From NCBI GenBank assembly GCA_905212975.1, contig CAJMGO010000007.1:1699-65698 (forward strand): a stretch of DNA of 64,000 bases, in the 5' to 3' direction. This document shows, piece by piece, positions 8,097-21,132 of this stretch (the first letter of the stretch is position 1; each line of letters starts with the position of its first letter). The position numbers were made by a program, and so were the translations under genes. The notes beneath the pieces are model-generated. The model saw nothing but the letters and a program-made list of their open reading frames with translations, was not told the origin of the DNA and searched no databases. The DNA is from an uncultured Bacillota bacterium (GTDB lineage Bacteria > Bacillota_I > Bacilli_A > RF39 > UBA660).

Positions 8097-8151
8097 AGTC
8101 TTGTTATTTTACTTGAAATTTTTTTAGGTTATTAGTATAATTGTTTTAGAG

Positions 8152-8538
8152 ATGATTTATGTGGAAAGAAATAAAATTGAAAAATTTATACAATTTGTTG
8201 TTGATCTTGTACAAGAAGATGATACTTTTATGAATGGTGGATCCGCTGGTTATTATTTTACTCATGGCGGATGTTATGAATTATTTAAAGTAGTAAATCA
8301 TTATATTCCTGAGACAGTTTGTATGATAAATAAAGAATTAGATCATTGTGCGATAGGTTATAATAACAATATTTATGATGCATTAGGAATTGTTGAAAAT
8401 AAAGATGAGTTTTCTATTGCTACAAAAGAAGATATAGAATATATGGAAAGATCTTTTGGCCTTAAAATTAAATCGTTAGAATCTGATAATATAATAAATG
8501 AGGTTGAAGAATGTAATATAAAAGGTATACTTTATTAG
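8152..8538 (+). CDS. Hypothetical protein
   Basis: 128-aa ORF with no motif I recognise. It abuts the accessory region and the tRNA. Confidence 0.4.
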   Translation: MIYVERNKIEKFIQFVVDLVQEDDTFMNGGSAGYYFTHGGCYELFKVVNHYIPETVCMINKELDHCAIGYNNNIYDALGIVENKDEFSIATKEDIEYMERSFGLKIKSLESDNIINEVEECNIKGILY

Positions 8539-9776
8539 TATGCCTTTTTAATTTCTTTATCTATTGATTTCGCAATAGCATCAATATATTTGTCTTTATT
8601 TGTTTTTATGTTGTTTAAATCAGTATTATCAATTATATATCCAAGTTCTATTAAGTAACTTTCAACTCCAATATTTGAGTTGTAATAAGGATTATTGCCA
8701 TATGTAGATATATTGTTTGCAACATATGCTCCAGTCATTATTCCACCAGTTTCTCTTATTATAAACAAATAATTAGTATTTGTAGATATTCTAGATAGTT
8801 CATATCCTTTTTCTTTAGCACTTTCTTTTGCATTATTTACATCATTTAAAGTTAAAGTTCTTACATAAACTCCGTCTTGTACTTTGTAATGAGTATTATT
8901 TGAATATGTTGTATTTGCTTTTTCTACTATATTTTTTACTATAGTACTTGCAAATTCAAGATTGGTATTATATGGAGCATAAACTTCAACTCCGTGAATA
9001 TTTCCTTTGATTGATAAACTATTTAAGTGAAGGGATATTAAATATTTTGCTTTAACATCTTGTGGGATGATAGCTCTTCCATTTTCTCCATAGGGTGATA
9101 AATATTTATTTTCATCTCTTGTTAATTTTACTTTATAGCCTAAATTTTCTAAATTTTCTTTTAATGAAATAGCATATTCTAATGTATAAAATGCTTCTGT
9201 ATCACTTCCATATATTGCTCCAGTATCATTACCACCATGTCCAGCATCTATTACAATATCGTATATGTTATTATCTTTTTTTGACTTAGTTGTTTTAATT
9301 TTAAATACATTTATATTATTTACTTTACTTGATGTTATAGTTGTTTTTTTATTTTCTTTTATTGCATAATACTCCGAATTGTTATATTCGGTATTATTGT
9401 TAAGACTATAATATTTATCGTTTATTTTTAAAAGTACATAATAATTTTTACATTTTAAATTTTCTAAATTTATGCCTTCATTTATATATTGAGACAAGTA
9501 GAATGTAGTTTTGTTATCATTTTGCTCATAATTTAATTTATAATTTATTTCTTCTTTGTTATTTTTTAATGCAATACTTATGTTTTTAATATCAGTATTT
9601 AAATTAATATTTCCTTTAATATTAAGATGTGTACCATATATTGTATATTCTTCTATATTAGCTTCTTGTTTTTCTATTATTTTTATTACTTTATCACTTA
9701 TATAAAGAGAGTATATAGTAATAATTGAAATAGATATACATAATATAATTATGATACTTATAATTCTTTTTTTCAT
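8535..9776 (-). CDS. N-acetylmuramoyl-L-alanine amidase (Amidase_3 family) with an N-terminal membrane anchor
   Basis: The VIDAGHGGNDTGA motif is typical of MurNAc-LAA catalytic domains. One N-terminal TM helix. Confidence 0.7.
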   Translation of the reverse strand: MKKRIISIIIILCISISIITIYSLYISDKVIKIIEKQEANIEEYTIYGTHLNIKGNINLNTDIKNISIALKNNKEEINYKLNYEQNDNKTTFYLSQYINEGINLENLKCKNYYVLLKINDKYYSLNNNTEYNNSEYYAIKENKKTTITSSKVNNINVFKIKTTKSKKDNNIYDIVIDAGHGGNDTGAIYGSDTEAFYTLEYAISLKENLENLGYKVKLTRDENKYLSPYGENGRAIIPQDVKAKYLISLHLNSLSIKGNIHGVEVYAPYNTNLEFASTIVKNIVEKANTTYSNNTHYKVQDGVYVRTLTLNDVNNAKESAKEKGYELSRISTNTNYLFIIRETGGIMTGAYVANNISTYGNNPYYNSNIGVESYLIELGYIIDNTDLNNIKTNKDKYIDAIAKSIDKEIKKAY

Positions 9777-9917
9777 ATGAGTTAACCACCACTTTAATTA
9801 TAACAAAAAAGTTTTATATATTCTATATACTGTGTTGACTTTTTATAAATATGTGTGTTAAAATTTATTTAGACACAGATAGGTGTTTTTATTTTAGAAA
9901 AAAATAAGAGGTGCAAT

Positions 9918-10097
9918 ATGAAGAAATTAGCTAGATTTCTAGATAGTGTAAAAAAAGAAATGAAGAAAGTTAGATGGCCAAAGAAAAATGAAATATTAAC
10001 TTATGGTACAGTTACAGTATTATTTGTTTTAACGTTTGCAGCATTTTTTGGTATACTTGATGTTGTAATATCAAGCATTAAAACATTAGTGGGGTAG
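9918..10097 (+). CDS. secE: Preprotein translocase subunit SecE (59 aa; below the ORF-track cutoff)
   Basis: MKKLARFLDSVKKEMKKVRWPKKNEILTYGTVTVLFVLTFAAFFGILDVVISSIKTLVG. It lies immediately upstream of nusG. RBS AGAGGTG. Confidence 0.85.
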   Translation: MKKLARFLDSVKKEMKKVRWPKKNEILTYGTVTVLFVLTFAAFFGILDVVISSIKTLVG

Positions 10098-10100
10098 ATT

Positions 10101-10634
10101 ATGGAAAAAGAATGGTATGTAGTTAATACTTATTCTGGGCACGAGAATAAGGTAAAAGAAAAATTAGAAATGCGTGCTAGTACAATGGGAATGGAAGATT
10201 ATATATTTAGAGTAGTTGTTCCAGAGCAAAAAGAAGTTGAATATAAAGATGGGAAAGAAAAAGTAAAAGTTAAAAAGATGTTCCCTGGATATATTTTAGT
10301 TGAGATGATTATGACTGATGAGGCTTGGTTTATAGTAAGAAATACACCTGGTGTTACAGGATTTATAGGTTCATCAGGAAAGGGAGCTAAACCATTTCCT
10401 TTAACTCCACAAGAAGTTGATAAAATACTTGGTAGTATGGGAATGAGCAGACTTGAAATTGGTAATAATTTAAATATTGGTGATATGGTTAAAGTAATAA
10501 ATGGTCCTTTTACATCAATGTATGGAAAAGTTAAAAGTATTGATATGGAAAACCAAAAATTAGAAGTTACTCTTGACTTATTTGGGCAAGAAACTGTTGT
10601 TGAACTTGGAATAAGTGAAATAGAGAAAGCTTAA
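10101..10634 (+). CDS. nusG: Transcription termination/antitermination factor NusG
   Basis: NGN domain (WYVVNTYSGHENKV) plus a KOW motif. Synteny secE-nusG-rplK. Confidence 0.9.
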   Translation: MEKEWYVVNTYSGHENKVKEKLEMRASTMGMEDYIFRVVVPEQKEVEYKDGKEKVKVKKMFPGYILVEMIMTDEAWFIVRNTPGVTGFIGSSGKGAKPFPLTPQEVDKILGSMGMSRLEIGNNLNIGDMVKVINGPFTSMYGKVKSIDMENQKLEVTLDLFGQETVVELGISEIEKA

Positions 10635-10773
10635 ATAAATTAATTGTTTACAAAACAGAAAAAATATGTTATTATTAATTAGCTATATTATTTATTAATA
10701 TAGATTAAGTGGGAGATGTTGGCGGATATCATTTGAACCACTCGCGAAAAAGTATAATATAGGAGGTGTTTTC

Positions 10774-11199
10774 GTGGCAAAAGAAATTACAAAAATAATT
10801 AATTTACAAATTCCTGCTGGAAAAGCTACTCCAGCACCACCAGTAGGTACAGTACTTGGACCTGCAGGTATAAATTTAGGGGAATTTGTTACAAAATATA
10901 ATGATGCTACAAGAGATAAAATGGGAGATATAATACCAGTTGAAATTACTGTTTATGATGACAGATCATTTGACTTTGTATTAAAAACTCCACCAACTGC
11001 ATTCTTAATTAAGAAATTTGCAAAAATTAATAAAGGATCAGTTAAAGGTTCAACTGAAACTGTAGCAACACTTACAAAAGAACAATTAAGAGAAATTGCT
11101 GAAATTAAATTGCCAGACTTAAATGCTTATGGAGTAGAAGAAGCTATGAGAATAGTTGAAGGAACTGCTCGTAACATGGGTGTTAAAGTATCTGAATAA
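10774..11199 (+). CDS. rplK: 50S ribosomal protein L11
   Basis: Conserved L11 sequence (PAGKATPAPPVGTVLGPAGIN). Confidence 0.95.
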   Translation: MAKEITKIINLQIPAGKATPAPPVGTVLGPAGINLGEFVTKYNDATRDKMGDIIPVEITVYDDRSFDFVLKTPPTAFLIKKFAKINKGSVKGSTETVATLTKEQLREIAEIKLPDLNAYGVEEAMRIVEGTARNMGVKVSE

Positions 11200-11265
11200 A
11201 AACATGTAGGTTAATTACCTATGTGGGAGGAAAAATCCGCAAATACCACATAAGGAGGAAATAAA

Positions 11266-11961
11266 ATGAAAAAAGGTAAGAAATATGTAGCTGCATCTTC
11301 AAAAATAGATAAGACTAAATCTTATACTAAAGAAGAAGCTATTAAATTAGTTAAAGAAACTTCAACAGCTAATTTTGATGCAACTGTAGAGCTTGCACTT
11401 AGATTAAATCTTGATACTAAGAAAGCTGATCAACAATTAAGAGGTGCATTAGTACTTCCAAATGGAACAGGAAAAACTAAAAAAGTATTAGTTATTGCAA
11501 AAGGACCTGCTGCTCAAGCTGCAAAAGATGCTGGTGCTGATTATGTAGGAGATACTGACATGCTTGAAAAAATCGAAAAAGAAAATTGGTTTGATTTCGA
11601 TGTTATGGTAGCAACTCCTGATATGATGCCTGCTTTAGGAAAACTTGGAAAAATTTTAGGGCCTAAAGGATTAATGCCAAATCCAAAAACTGGAACAGTT
11701 ACAATGGATACTAAAAAAGCTGTAGAAGAAGTTAAAAAAGGACGTGTAGAATACAGAACTGATAGTTATGGTAATTTACATGTTATCATTGGAAAGGTAT
11801 CTTTCGATGATGAAAAATTAGTTGAAAATCTTAATGCTTTCATGAACTTGATTAATAAAACTAAACCTATGACAGTAAAAGGTAAATATATTTTAAATGT
11901 TGCTGTTACTTCAACAATGGGACCAAGTGTTAAAATTAGTCAAGAAAGCTTTGACTTTTAA
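11266..11961 (+). CDS. rplA: 50S ribosomal protein L1
   Basis: Conserved L1 sequence. Synteny. Confidence 0.95.
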   Translation: MKKGKKYVAASSKIDKTKSYTKEEAIKLVKETSTANFDATVELALRLNLDTKKADQQLRGALVLPNGTGKTKKVLVIAKGPAAQAAKDAGADYVGDTDMLEKIEKENWFDFDVMVATPDMMPALGKLGKILGPKGLMPNPKTGTVTMDTKKAVEEVKKGRVEYRTDSYGNLHVIIGKVSFDDEKLVENLNAFMNLINKTKPMTVKGKYILNVAVTSTMGPSVKISQESFDF

Positions 11962-11984
11962 TTAAAAATATGTTAGAATTAAAT

Positions 11985-12125
11985 TGTTTCTTGAAAAATA
12001 TATATTAATACCGTAGACAGTAGGTGCTATTAGCTTAATTTCCTACCGAGGATCTTAAATAAATTTTTAAGTCTTTGGCCTTACTGTGAAAAGTTAGGCC
12101 TTTTTTATACGGTGACTCTAAAAAA
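11985..12125 (+). promoter_or_regulatory. rplJ (L10) leader region with hairpin/terminator-like structure (GGCCTTACTGTGAAAAGTTAGGCC + T-run): likely an autoregulatory leader
   Basis: 180-nt intergenic region between rplA and rplJ. The GGCC...GGCC hairpin is followed by TTTTTTAT. This is the classic position of the L10 leader. Confidence 0.45.
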
Positions 12126-12141
12126 ATGAGGAGGTGCTAAA

Positions 12142-12633
12142 ATGGCAAACCAAAAGATAATTGAAAGAAAATCTCAAACAGTATCAGAAATAGCTGATAA
12201 AATTAAAAATTCAAGTTCGGTTGTATTCTTTGAATATAGAGGACTTACTGTTGGAGAAACAAATGCTTTAAGAAAAATCTTAAAAGAAACAAATTCAGAG
12301 TATAAAGTTTACAAAAACACACTTGCATCACGTGCTCTTGATTCTTTAAACATTGATTTAAAAGAACACATGAATGGTCCAAAGGCTATCGCTTTTGGTA
12401 CAGATGCAATCGCACCAATTAAAGCTTTAAGTGATTTTGCAAAAACTCATAAAGCTTTAGAATTAAAAGTTGGTATCGTTGATGGTGAAATAGCTGATGA
12501 AAAAATGTTAAAAGAATTAGCTGCTATACCATCAAGAGAAGGATTACTTACAATGTTTGCTTCTGGTTTAATGCAACATGTAAGAGACTTCGCAATATGC
12601 TTAGATTTACATAGTAAAAATTTAGAAAAATAA
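12142..12633 (+). CDS. rplJ: 50S ribosomal protein L10
   Basis: Sequence and synteny. Confidence 0.93.
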   Translation: MANQKIIERKSQTVSEIADKIKNSSSVVFFEYRGLTVGETNALRKILKETNSEYKVYKNTLASRALDSLNIDLKEHMNGPKAIAFGTDAIAPIKALSDFAKTHKALELKVGIVDGEIADEKMLKELAAIPSREGLLTMFASGLMQHVRDFAICLDLHSKNLEK

Positions 12634-12658
12634 TTTATAGGAAAGTGGGGAATTTAAA

Positions 12659-13024
12659 ATGGCAAAAATAAGCGCAAAAGAAATTATTGATTCACTAAAA
12701 GAAATGACTCTTTTAGAAATTAAAGAAGTAGTAGATTTAATGAAAGAAGAACTTGGTGTTGATCCAAGTGCAGTAGCTGTAGCTGCAGCACCTGTAGCAG
12801 CAGTTGAAGAAGGACCAAGCACATTTAATGTTGTATTAACAGCTGCTGGAGCAAACAAAATTGCTGTTATCAAATTAGTTCGTGAAATTACTGGTTTAGG
12901 ATTAAAAGAAGCTAAAGACTTAGCTGATAACGGTGGAGTTGTTAAAGAAAAAGCTGCTAAAGAAGAAGCAGAAGGATTAAAAGCTCAATTTGAAGAAGCT
13001 GGAGCTACTATTGAATTACAATAA
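12659..13024 (+). CDS. rplL: 50S ribosomal protein L7/L12
   Basis: Ala-rich hinge and a C-terminal domain ending GLKEAKDL...VKE. Confidence 0.95.
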   Translation: MAKISAKEIIDSLKEMTLLEIKEVVDLMKEELGVDPSAVAVAAAPVAAVEEGPSTFNVVLTAAGANKIAVIKLVREITGLGLKEAKDLADNGGVVKEKAAKEEAEGLKAQFEEAGATIELQ

Positions 13025-13102
13025 TTTTTAAAATTAAGATTTTAGCCTATACTACAAAAAATGTGGTATGGGCTTTCATCGTCTTTAAAAGTAGGTGAAA
13101 AT

Positions 13103-13699
13103 ATGAGTCATTATTTTGAAAATGATAAAGAGCTAAAAAGCAATAAAAAGTTAAATAAAGTTATTATTAATGATATTGAATTTTCTTTTTTATCTGATAA
13201 TGGAGTTTTTTCAAAACGTGGGCTTGATTATGGTACAAGAACGTTACTTGAAAATCTTGATACAAAACATATTCATGGAAATATACTTGATTTTGGATGT
13301 GGATATGGTCCAATTGGAATTTATTTATCTAAAGTATGCAATTGTAGTGTTGATATGATTGATATAAATAATAGAAGTCTTGAATTAGCACGTGAAAATT
13401 CAAATATTAATAATGTTAATACAAATATATTTTATAGTAATATTTATGAAAATATAAATAAAAAGTATGATTTTATAATTTCAAATCCTCCTATTAGAGT
13501 TGGTAAGGAAATATTATATAAAATTTTGTTTGAGGCATATGATCATTTAAATGAAAATGGTGAATTATGGATTGTTATAAATAAGGATCAAGGTGCAAAG
13601 AGTGTTGTTAGAGATTTAGAAAAAAAATATGAGACAAGTATAATAGAAAAAAATAAGGGTTTTTATGTTATTTGCTCTAAAAGAATTGACACTTTGTAA
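13103..13699 (+). CDS. Class I SAM-dependent methyltransferase (RsmC/YbxB-like small-domain MTase)
   Basis: LDFGCGYGPIG (motif I) and NPPIRVG (motif IV). It sits between rplL and rpoB, like B. subtilis ybxB. Start taken at M15, which has an RBS. Confidence 0.75.
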   Translation: MSHYFENDKELKSNKKLNKVIINDIEFSFLSDNGVFSKRGLDYGTRTLLENLDTKHIHGNILDFGCGYGPIGIYLSKVCNCSVDMIDINNRSLELARENSNINNVNTNIFYSNIYENINKKYDFIISNPPIRVGKEILYKILFEAYDHLNENGELWIVINKDQGAKSVVRDLEKKYETSIIEKNKGFYVICSKRIDTL

Positions 13700-13786
13700 T
13701 TATTTTGTTAAAATTATAAATTGGTGGCATATACGCGTATATATATGTTAGATCTTTAAAAAAATTTAGTATATAGGGGTGAAACA

Positions 13787-16700
13787 GTGGCTTATACAGT
13801 TAAAAAGTTTGGAGATCATAGAGAAAGAAGAAGTTATGCGAAAACTAAAAACGCAGTTGAATTAGGTAATTTACTTGAAATTCAAAAAAAATCATATAAT
13901 TGGTTTATTACAGATGGTATAAAAGAAGTATTTGATGATATTTTTCCAGTTGATAGTTTTACTGGAAATCTTTCATTAGAATTTGGTGATTATTCATTTG
14001 ATGAACCAAGATATAGTATAAAGGGTTGTAAAGAAAGATATGCAACTTATGCAGCTCCTTTAAAAGTTGAAGCTCGTTTATTTAACCATGAAACTGGTGA
14101 GGTAAAGGAACAAGAAATTTATTTAGGTGATATGCCTATAATGACAGATGGTGGTTCATTTATCATTAATGGTGCAGAAAGAGTAATTGTATCTCAATTA
14201 GTTCGTTCACCTAGTGCATATTATGGAAAAGAAACGGATAAAAATGGGCGTGTTGTAATTACATCACAAATCATTCCTAACAGGGGAACTTGGCTTGAAT
14301 ATGAATTAGATGCTAGGGATGTAATTTATGTTAGAATTGATAGAACTAGAAAAGTACCAGTTACTACATTATTAAGAGCAATTGGTTTATCTAGTGATGA
14401 TGATATAATTGATTTATTTGGTGAGAATAAATTTATAGATTATACTTTAGCAAAAGATACTAATAAAAATACAGATGAGGCTTTAATTGATATTCATTCA
14501 AAATTAAGGCCTGGTGAACCTTCTACATTAGATAGTGCTAAAAATCAATTAATTACAAGATTTTTTGATGCATTTAAATATGATTTAGCTCATGTAGGAC
14601 GTTATAAATTTAATAAGAAGCTAAATGTTATGAATCGTTTGCTTGGATGCAAATTAGCTGAAGATATTTCTGTTGATGGTAAAGTTGTAGCAGCAAAAGA
14701 TACTGTTATTGATAAACAAACTCTTGAAAATTTAAAACCTATTTTTGAGGGTGGATATGGAACTGTTGAAACATTAATTAATAATGAACTTGATACTTAT
14801 AATAAGGTTCAAATTGTTAAAGTTTATTCTAAAAAAGAGCCTGAAAAGGTTGTAAAAATAATTGGTAATGATCCAACGATTGATATTAGAAGATTAACAG
14901 TATCAGATATTTATGCATCAGTTTCTTATTATTTAAATTTACTTGATGGTATTGGTACTATTGATGAAATTGATCACTTATCAAATAGACGTGTTCGTCA
15001 AGTAGGTGAATTATTACAAAATCAATTTAAAATTGGTATTAGTCGTATAGAAAGAGTAATTAGAGATAGAATGTCTACTCAAGAAATTACTGAAGTAACG
15101 CCAAAATCTTTAATTAATATAAGACCACTTACTGCTGCAATAAAGGAATTCTTTGGTTCGTCACAATTGTCTCAATTTATGGATCAAACAAATCCTATAG
15201 CAGAACTTACTCATAAAAGACGTTTAAGCTCTTTAGGACCTGGTGGACTTTCTCGTGATAGAGCTGGTATGGAAGTTCGTGACGTTAATCCATCTCATTA
15301 TGGAAGACTTTGTCCAGTTGAATCTCCTGAAGGACCAAACATTGGTTTAATTACATCACTTGCAAGTTATGCTAAAATAGATGATTATGGATTTATAATG
15401 ACACCTTATCGTAAAGTTAATGACGGTGTTGTTACAGATGAAATAGTATATATGACTGCAGATGAAGAAATTGATTATTATATAGCAACTGCTGTAATTA
15501 AATTAGATGATAATAATAAAATTACAGATATTGATGTTCCTGTTCGTTATAGAGGGGAAAATTTAATAGTAGATAGTAGCAAAGTTGATTACATGGATGT
15601 TTCTCCACAACAAGTTGTATCAGTTACAACTCAAGCTATACCATTCCTTGAACATGATGATGGTAAAAGAGCATTAATGGGTTCAAACATGCAACGTCAA
15701 GCAATTCCACTTATTAAACCTGAAGCTCCAATTGTAGGAACTGGTGTAGAAGCAATTGCTGCTCGTGATTCAGGTGTTGTTATTATTGCTAAAGCTGATG
15801 GTGTTGTTGATTATGTTGATGGACGTAAGATAATAGTTAAGACTAAAGGTGGTATGGATACATATTATCTTGATGGTTATGAAAGAAGTAATAATGGTAC
15901 ATGCTATCATCAAAAACCTATTGTTAAAAAAGGTGACAAAGTTACAGCTGGTGAAGTAATTGGTGATGGACCAGCAACTGAAAAAGGTGAAATGGCTCTT
16001 GGACGTAATGTTAAAGTTGCATTTATGAACTATAATGGTTATAACTATGAAGATGCAGTTATATTAAATGAAAGATTAGTAAAAGATGATGCATTTACAT
16101 CTATTCATATAGAAGAATATGAATTAGAGTGTCGTGATACTAAACTTGGACCAGAAGAGTTTACAAGAGATATCCCAAATGTTGGAGAAGATGCTCGTCG
16201 TAACCTTGATGATTCTGGTATTATTAGAGTAGGTACTGAAGTAAAAAATGGTGATATTTTAGTTGGTAAAGTAACTCCAAAAGGTATGGCAGAACTTACA
16301 TCTGAGGAAAAATTATTACATGCAATATTTGGTGAAAAAACAAGAGAAGTAAGAGATTCTTCATTACGTGTACCAAATGGTGGTGAAGGTATTGTTTATG
16401 ATATTAAAATATTCACAAAAGAAGATTGCGATGAACTTCCTGCTGGTGTTTCTAAAATAGTTAGAGTTTATATTGCTCAAAAGAGAAAAATAACTGTAGG
16501 AGATAAAATGGCAGGACGTCATGGTAATAAAGGGGTTGTATCACTTATTTTACCAGAAGAAGATATGCCATATTTACCAAATGGTGAAACAGTAGATATC
16601 TTACTTAATCCACTTGGAGTTCCATCTCGTATGAATTTAGGTCAAATTTTGGAAATGCATTTAGGTATGGCTGCAAAAGAACTTGGTATTTATGTTGCTA

Positions 16701-17419
16701 CACCAGTATTTGATGGTGCAACTAAAGATGAGATTGTAGATGCATTAAAAGAAGCAGGACTTGATGAAGATGGTAAGACTATTTTACGTGATGGACGTAC
16801 TGGTGAACCATTTGATAATCGTATAAGTGTAGGTATAATGTATTTCATTAAATTACACCATATGGTTGATGATAAATTACATGCTAGATCTACAGGACCA
16901 TACTCACTTGTAACTCAACAACCTTTAGGTGGTAAAGCTCAATTTGGTGGTCAAAGATTTGGAGAAATGGAAGTTTGGGCGCTTTATGCATATGGTGCTG
17001 CTCATGTTCTTCAAGAAATGATGACTGTTAAATCTGATGATGTTGTTGGACGTGTTAAAGTTTATGAATCATTGGTTAAAGGATTGCCTCTTCCAACAAG
17101 TGGTGTTCCAGAAAGCTTTAGAGTTTTAATAAAAGAATTCCAAGCATTAGGTCTTGATATCACTGTACTTGATAATGAAGGAAAATTCGTTGATGTAAAA
17201 GAGTTGGAAGCTGAAGAGGAAGATATGTTAAATTCTTCTGAAATAATAGATGCTTCTACACTTCCAGAACCAGATGAACCTGAAGATTCTGTTGATGATG
17301 AAGAAGAATTTGACGATTTAGATGATATTTTAGATGATGAATTAGATGAGAAATTCTTAAAGGAAATGGAGAATGGATCTGATGAATATGAATTTACTGA
17401 TGAGGGGGTTGAGGATTAA
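13787..17419 (+). CDS. rpoB: DNA-directed RNA polymerase subunit beta
   Basis: 1210 aa with canonical RpoB motifs and an acidic C-terminal tail. Confidence 0.97.
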   Translation: MAYTVKKFGDHRERRSYAKTKNAVELGNLLEIQKKSYNWFITDGIKEVFDDIFPVDSFTGNLSLEFGDYSFDEPRYSIKGCKERYATYAAPLKVEARLFNHETGEVKEQEIYLGDMPIMTDGGSFIINGAERVIVSQLVRSPSAYYGKETDKNGRVVITSQIIPNRGTWLEYELDARDVIYVRIDRTRKVPVTTLLRAIGLSSDDDIIDLFGENKFIDYTLAKDTNKNTDEALIDIHSKLRPGEPSTLDSAKNQLITRFFDAFKYDLAHVGRYKFNKKLNVMNRLLGCKLAEDISVDGKVVAAKDTVIDKQTLENLKPIFEGGYGTVETLINNELDTYNKVQIVKVYSKKEPEKVVKIIGNDPTIDIRRLTVSDIYASVSYYLNLLDGIGTIDEIDHLSNRRVRQVGELLQNQFKIGISRIERVIRDRMSTQEITEVTPKSLINIRPLTAAIKEFFGSSQLSQFMDQTNPIAELTHKRRLSSLGPGGLSRDRAGMEVRDVNPSHYGRLCPVESPEGPNIGLITSLASYAKIDDYGFIMTPYRKVNDGVVTDEIVYMTADEEIDYYIATAVIKLDDNNKITDIDVPVRYRGENLIVDSSKVDYMDVSPQQVVSVTTQAIPFLEHDDGKRALMGSNMQRQAIPLIKPEAPIVGTGVEAIAARDSGVVIIAKADGVVDYVDGRKIIVKTKGGMDTYYLDGYERSNNGTCYHQKPIVKKGDKVTAGEVIGDGPATEKGEMALGRNVKVAFMNYNGYNYEDAVILNERLVKDDAFTSIHIEEYELECRDTKLGPEEFTRDIPNVGEDARRNLDDSGIIRVGTEVKNGDILVGKVTPKGMAELTSEEKLLHAIFGEKTREVRDSSLRVPNGGEGIVYDIKIFTKEDCDELPAGVSKIVRVYIAQKRKITVGDKMAGRHGNKGVVSLILPEEDMPYLPNGETVDILLNPLGVPSRMNLGQILEMHLGMAAKELGIYVATPVFDGATKDEIVDALKEAGLDEDGKTILRDGRTGEPFDNRISVGIMYFIKLHHMVDDKLHARSTGPYSLVTQQPLGGKAQFGGQRFGEMEVWALYAYGAAHVLQEMMTVKSDDVVGRVKVYESLVKGLPLPTSGVPESFRVLIKEFQALGLDITVLDNEGKFVDVKELEAEEEDMLNSSEIIDASTLPEPDEPEDSVDDEEEFDDLDDILDDELDEKFLKEMENGSDEYEFTDEGVED

Positions 17420-20400
17420 TGGATGCTAATAATTTTGAAGGTTTAAAAATTGCGATTGCCTCTCCTGAAAGAATCAGAGAATGGTCACATGGTGAGGTAA
17501 AAAAAGCTGAAACTATAAATTATCGTACATTAAAACCAGAAAAAGATGGACTTTTCTGTGAAAAAATATTTGGTCCAACAAAAGATTATGAATGTTCTTG
17601 TGGTAAATATAAAAGATTAAGATATAAGAATATCGTATGTGATAGATGTGGAGTAGAAGTTACTCGTTCTAAAGTACGTCGTGAACGTATGGGACACATA
17701 GAGTTAGCTACTCCTGTATCTCATATTTGGTTCTTTAAAGGTGTACCTTCCCGTATGGGGCTTGTACTTGATATGTCTCCAAGAGATCTTGAAGAAGTAT
17801 TATACTTTGTATCTTATGTTGTACTTGATCCTGGAAAAGCACCACTTGAAAAGAAACAAACAATAAGCGATAAAGAATACCGTGCTTATTATGAAAAATA
17901 TGGTAATGAGTTTAGAGTAGGTATGGGTGCTGAAGCTATAAAAGAACTTCTTATGCAAGTTGATCTTGAAAAAGAAGTTGCTGAAATAAAAGCTGAAATT
18001 GAAACAATTAAAGATACTGCTAGTCAAAAAAGAGTTCGTTTAATTAAAAGACTTGATGTGCTTGATGCATTCTTAGAGTCAGGTAATAAACCTGAATGGA
18101 TGATAATGGATGTAATTCCTGTAATTCCTCCAGAACTTCGTCCAATGATTCAACTTGATGGTGGTAGATTTGCAGCATCTGATTTAAATGATTTGTATAG
18201 ACGTGTTATTAATCGTAATAATCGTTTGAAAAAATTATTAGAGCTTGGAGCTCCTTCTATAATTGTTCAAAATGAAAAACGTATGCTTCAAGAAGCAGTT
18301 GATGCTTTATTTGATAATGGTAGACGTGGAAAAAATATAACTGGAGCTGGAAATAGACCTCTTAAATCATTATCAAGTATGTTAAAGGGAAAACAAGGAC
18401 GTTTCCGTCAAAACTTACTTGGTAAACGTGTTGACTATTCTGGTCGTTCAGTTATTGTTGTTGGACCATCTCTTAAAATGTATGAATGTGGTATACCAAA
18501 AGAAATGGCTCTTGAATTATTTAAACCACATGTTATAAATGGATTGGTATCAAAGGAAATAGCTTCTAATATAAAAGCTGCTAAAAAAATGATTGATAAC
18601 CAAGATGAAAGAGTATGGGATATAGTTGAGGAAAAGATAAAAGAACATCCTGTAATGTTAAACCGTGCTCCAACACTTCATAGACTTGGTATTCAAGCAT
18701 TCCAACCAAAATTAATAAATGGACGTGCTATTAGACTTCATCCACTTGTTTGTGCAGCATTTAATGCTGATTTCGATGGAGACCAAATGGCAGTACATGT
18801 TCCAATTAGTGAAGAAGCACAAGCAGAAGCAAGAATTTTAATGCTTGGTGCTAATAATATTTTGAAACCTTCTGATGGTAATCCAATTGTTACTCCAGGT
18901 CAGGATATGATATTAGGTAACTATTATATTACTATTGAAAAAGCTGGTGCTAAAGGAGAAGGAAGAATATTTAAATCTCCTGAAGAAGTATTATGTGCTT
19001 TAGGAAGAGGAGAGTTAGTATATCATACAAGAGTAGCTATTCCTGTTAAGTCATTTAAACACAAAGTATTCCCAGATGTATATATGGATAAATACTTAGT
19101 AACTACTCCAGGTAAATTAATTTTTAATGAAATATTCCCAGATTCTTTCCAATATGTAAGTGAAGGAACTTCTGAAAATATAGAAAAAATTACTCCTGCA
19201 AAATTCTTTATAGATAGAGGTAAAAATATACCTGAAGAGATAAAGAATATGGAAATTAATAAACCTTTTACAAAGGGTGTATTTAAAAAGTTAATTGCTC
19301 AAATATATAAGAGATATCAAACTACTGAAACATCTATTATGCTTGATAAATTAAAAGATATTGGATTTAAATATTCAACATTATCTGGTATTTCAATTGG
19401 TGTTGGAGATATTCATGAAACTGAAAAAAAACATGAAATAATTGATGCTGCTCACGACAAAGTTGCTTTAATAAATAAACAATTTAAACGTGGATTATTT
19501 ACTGAAGAAGAAAGATATCAAACTGTTGTTCAAACATGGAGCGAAGCAAAAGATAAAATTGCTGCTGAGCTTGCTAATATCATTAATAATGATAGAGAAA
19601 ATTCTATTTCTATGATGATTGAATCAGGTGCTCGTGGTGATTTAGGAAACTATAACCAAATGGCTGGTATGAGAGGACTTATGGCAAAACCAACTGGTGC
19701 GCCAGATGAAATTCCAATTACATCTTCATTCCTTGAAGGTGAAAGTGTTTCTGAATTCTTTGCTGCAACTCATGGTATAAGAAAAGGATTCGTTGATACA
19801 GCTTTAAAAACTGCAGATGCAGGATACTTAACAAGACGTCTTGTTGATGTAGCACAAGATATAATTGTTAAAGAGGATGATTGTGGTACTGATCAAGGTG
19901 TTGTAGTTGAGGCATTTATGAATCAAGATGGTACTGAAGTTGAATCATTAAGAAATCGTATTGTGGGAAGATTTACTTCTAAGAAAGTAATAAATCCTGA
20001 AACAAAAGATGTTATTGCTGATAAGAATACATATATAACTGAACAAATAGCTGACAAAATTATTTCTGCAGGTATTACAAAGGTTCCAATTAGAACAGTT
20101 CTTACTTGTAAATCTAAACATGGTGTATGTGCTAAATGTTATGGTCGTAACCTTGCTACAGGATTTATGGTTGAAGTTGGTGAAGCTGTTGGTATTATGG
20201 CTGCTCAATCAATTGGTGAACCAGGTACACAACTTACAATGCGTACTATTAACTCTGGTGGTGTTGCTGGAGATGATATTACTCAAGGTTTACCTCGTGT
20301 TCAAGAATTATTTGAAGCTCGTAATCCAAAAGGAAAAGCAACAATTTCAGAAATTAATGGTACAATTACAGATATAGTTGATCAAAATGGTAAATTTATT

Positions 20401-21051
20401 GTATCTGTTAAAAATGATGTTGAAACAAAAGAACATACAACTAACTATGGAGCTAAATTAGCTGTTAAAGTTGGGGATAATGTTGTTGCAGGTCAAAGAC
20501 TTACACATGGTGCTATATCTCCAAAAGAATTATTAGTTGTAACTGATCCAAATACTGTTCAACAATATATATTACTTGAAATCCAAAAGGTTTATGGCTC
20601 TCAAGGTGTTGATATTAATGATAAGCACGTTGAAATTATTGCTAAACGTATGATTTCTAAGATTAAAATTGTTACTTCCGGAAATTCAATGTTCTTACCT
20701 GGTACAATGGTTGATATTAATGAATTTACTGATGTTAATAAGAATTTAATACTTGAAGGAAAGACTCCAGCAACAGGTAGACCAGTTCTTCTTGGTATTA
20801 CAAAAGCATCTCTTGAAACTGATTCATTCTTATCTGCTGCTTCATTCCAAGAAACAACAAAGATATTAACTGATGCAGCAATTCATGGAAAAGTTGATCA
20901 TTTAAATGGTTTAAAAGAAAATGTTATATTAGGTAAATTAATACCTGCTGGTACAGGTGCTAAAAAATATAAGAATTGTGATTATAAATTAGAAAATGAT
21001 GAAACTGATGAAGAACCATTAGAGGCATTAGAAGAACAATTAATGGATTAA
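17419..21051 (+). CDS. rpoC: DNA-directed RNA polymerase subunit beta'
   Basis: 1210 aa. Zinc-finger cysteines and the NADFDGD catalytic motif. Its start overlaps the rpoB stop (TAATG). Confidence 0.97.
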   Translation: MDANNFEGLKIAIASPERIREWSHGEVKKAETINYRTLKPEKDGLFCEKIFGPTKDYECSCGKYKRLRYKNIVCDRCGVEVTRSKVRRERMGHIELATPVSHIWFFKGVPSRMGLVLDMSPRDLEEVLYFVSYVVLDPGKAPLEKKQTISDKEYRAYYEKYGNEFRVGMGAEAIKELLMQVDLEKEVAEIKAEIETIKDTASQKRVRLIKRLDVLDAFLESGNKPEWMIMDVIPVIPPELRPMIQLDGGRFAASDLNDLYRRVINRNNRLKKLLELGAPSIIVQNEKRMLQEAVDALFDNGRRGKNITGAGNRPLKSLSSMLKGKQGRFRQNLLGKRVDYSGRSVIVVGPSLKMYECGIPKEMALELFKPHVINGLVSKEIASNIKAAKKMIDNQDERVWDIVEEKIKEHPVMLNRAPTLHRLGIQAFQPKLINGRAIRLHPLVCAAFNADFDGDQMAVHVPISEEAQAEARILMLGANNILKPSDGNPIVTPGQDMILGNYYITIEKAGAKGEGRIFKSPEEVLCALGRGELVYHTRVAIPVKSFKHKVFPDVYMDKYLVTTPGKLIFNEIFPDSFQYVSEGTSENIEKITPAKFFIDRGKNIPEEIKNMEINKPFTKGVFKKLIAQIYKRYQTTETSIMLDKLKDIGFKYSTLSGISIGVGDIHETEKKHEIIDAAHDKVALINKQFKRGLFTEEERYQTVVQTWSEAKDKIAAELANIINNDRENSISMMIESGARGDLGNYNQMAGMRGLMAKPTGAPDEIPITSSFLEGESVSEFFAATHGIRKGFVDTALKTADAGYLTRRLVDVAQDIIVKEDDCGTDQGVVVEAFMNQDGTEVESLRNRIVGRFTSKKVINPETKDVIADKNTYITEQIADKIISAGITKVPIRTVLTCKSKHGVCAKCYGRNLATGFMVEVGEAVGIMAAQSIGEPGTQLTMRTINSGGVAGDDITQGLPRVQELFEARNPKGKATISEINGTITDIVDQNGKFIVSVKNDVETKEHTTNYGAKLAVKVGDNVVAGQRLTHGAISPKELLVVTDPNTVQQYILLEIQKVYGSQGVDINDKHVEIIAKRMISKIKIVTSGNSMFLPGTMVDINEFTDVNKNLILEGKTPATGRPVLLGITKASLETDSFLSAASFQETTKILTDAAIHGKVDHLNGLKENVILGKLIPAGTGAKKYKNCDYKLENDETDEEPLEALEEQLMD

Positions 21052-21080
21052 AGCTTAAGATATCTTAAGCTTTTTTTCTT
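21051..21080 (+). terminator. Rho-independent terminator (AAGCTTAAGATATCTTAAGCTT + T-run)
   Basis: Perfect 22-nt palindrome followed by TTTTTTTCTT immediately after the rpoC stop. Confidence 0.7.
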
Positions 21081-21132
21081 GACTTATTTTCATATATTGT
21101 TTATACTGGTTTTAGAAATGAGGAGGAATAAT

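Noticed and set aside
13061-13358. Longer start (13061) of the methyltransferase, and the internal ORF 13170..13358
   Set aside because: The RBS-supported start is at 13103. The internal ORF is an alternative frame within the MTase gene.
17800-20377. ORF-track entries inside rpoC on the opposite strand or in other frames (17800..18027-, 19948..20208-, 20120..20377+)
   Set aside because: They are fully embedded in the strongly conserved rpoC frame. They are low-complexity, and such antisense or alternative frames open by chance in AT-rich DNA.
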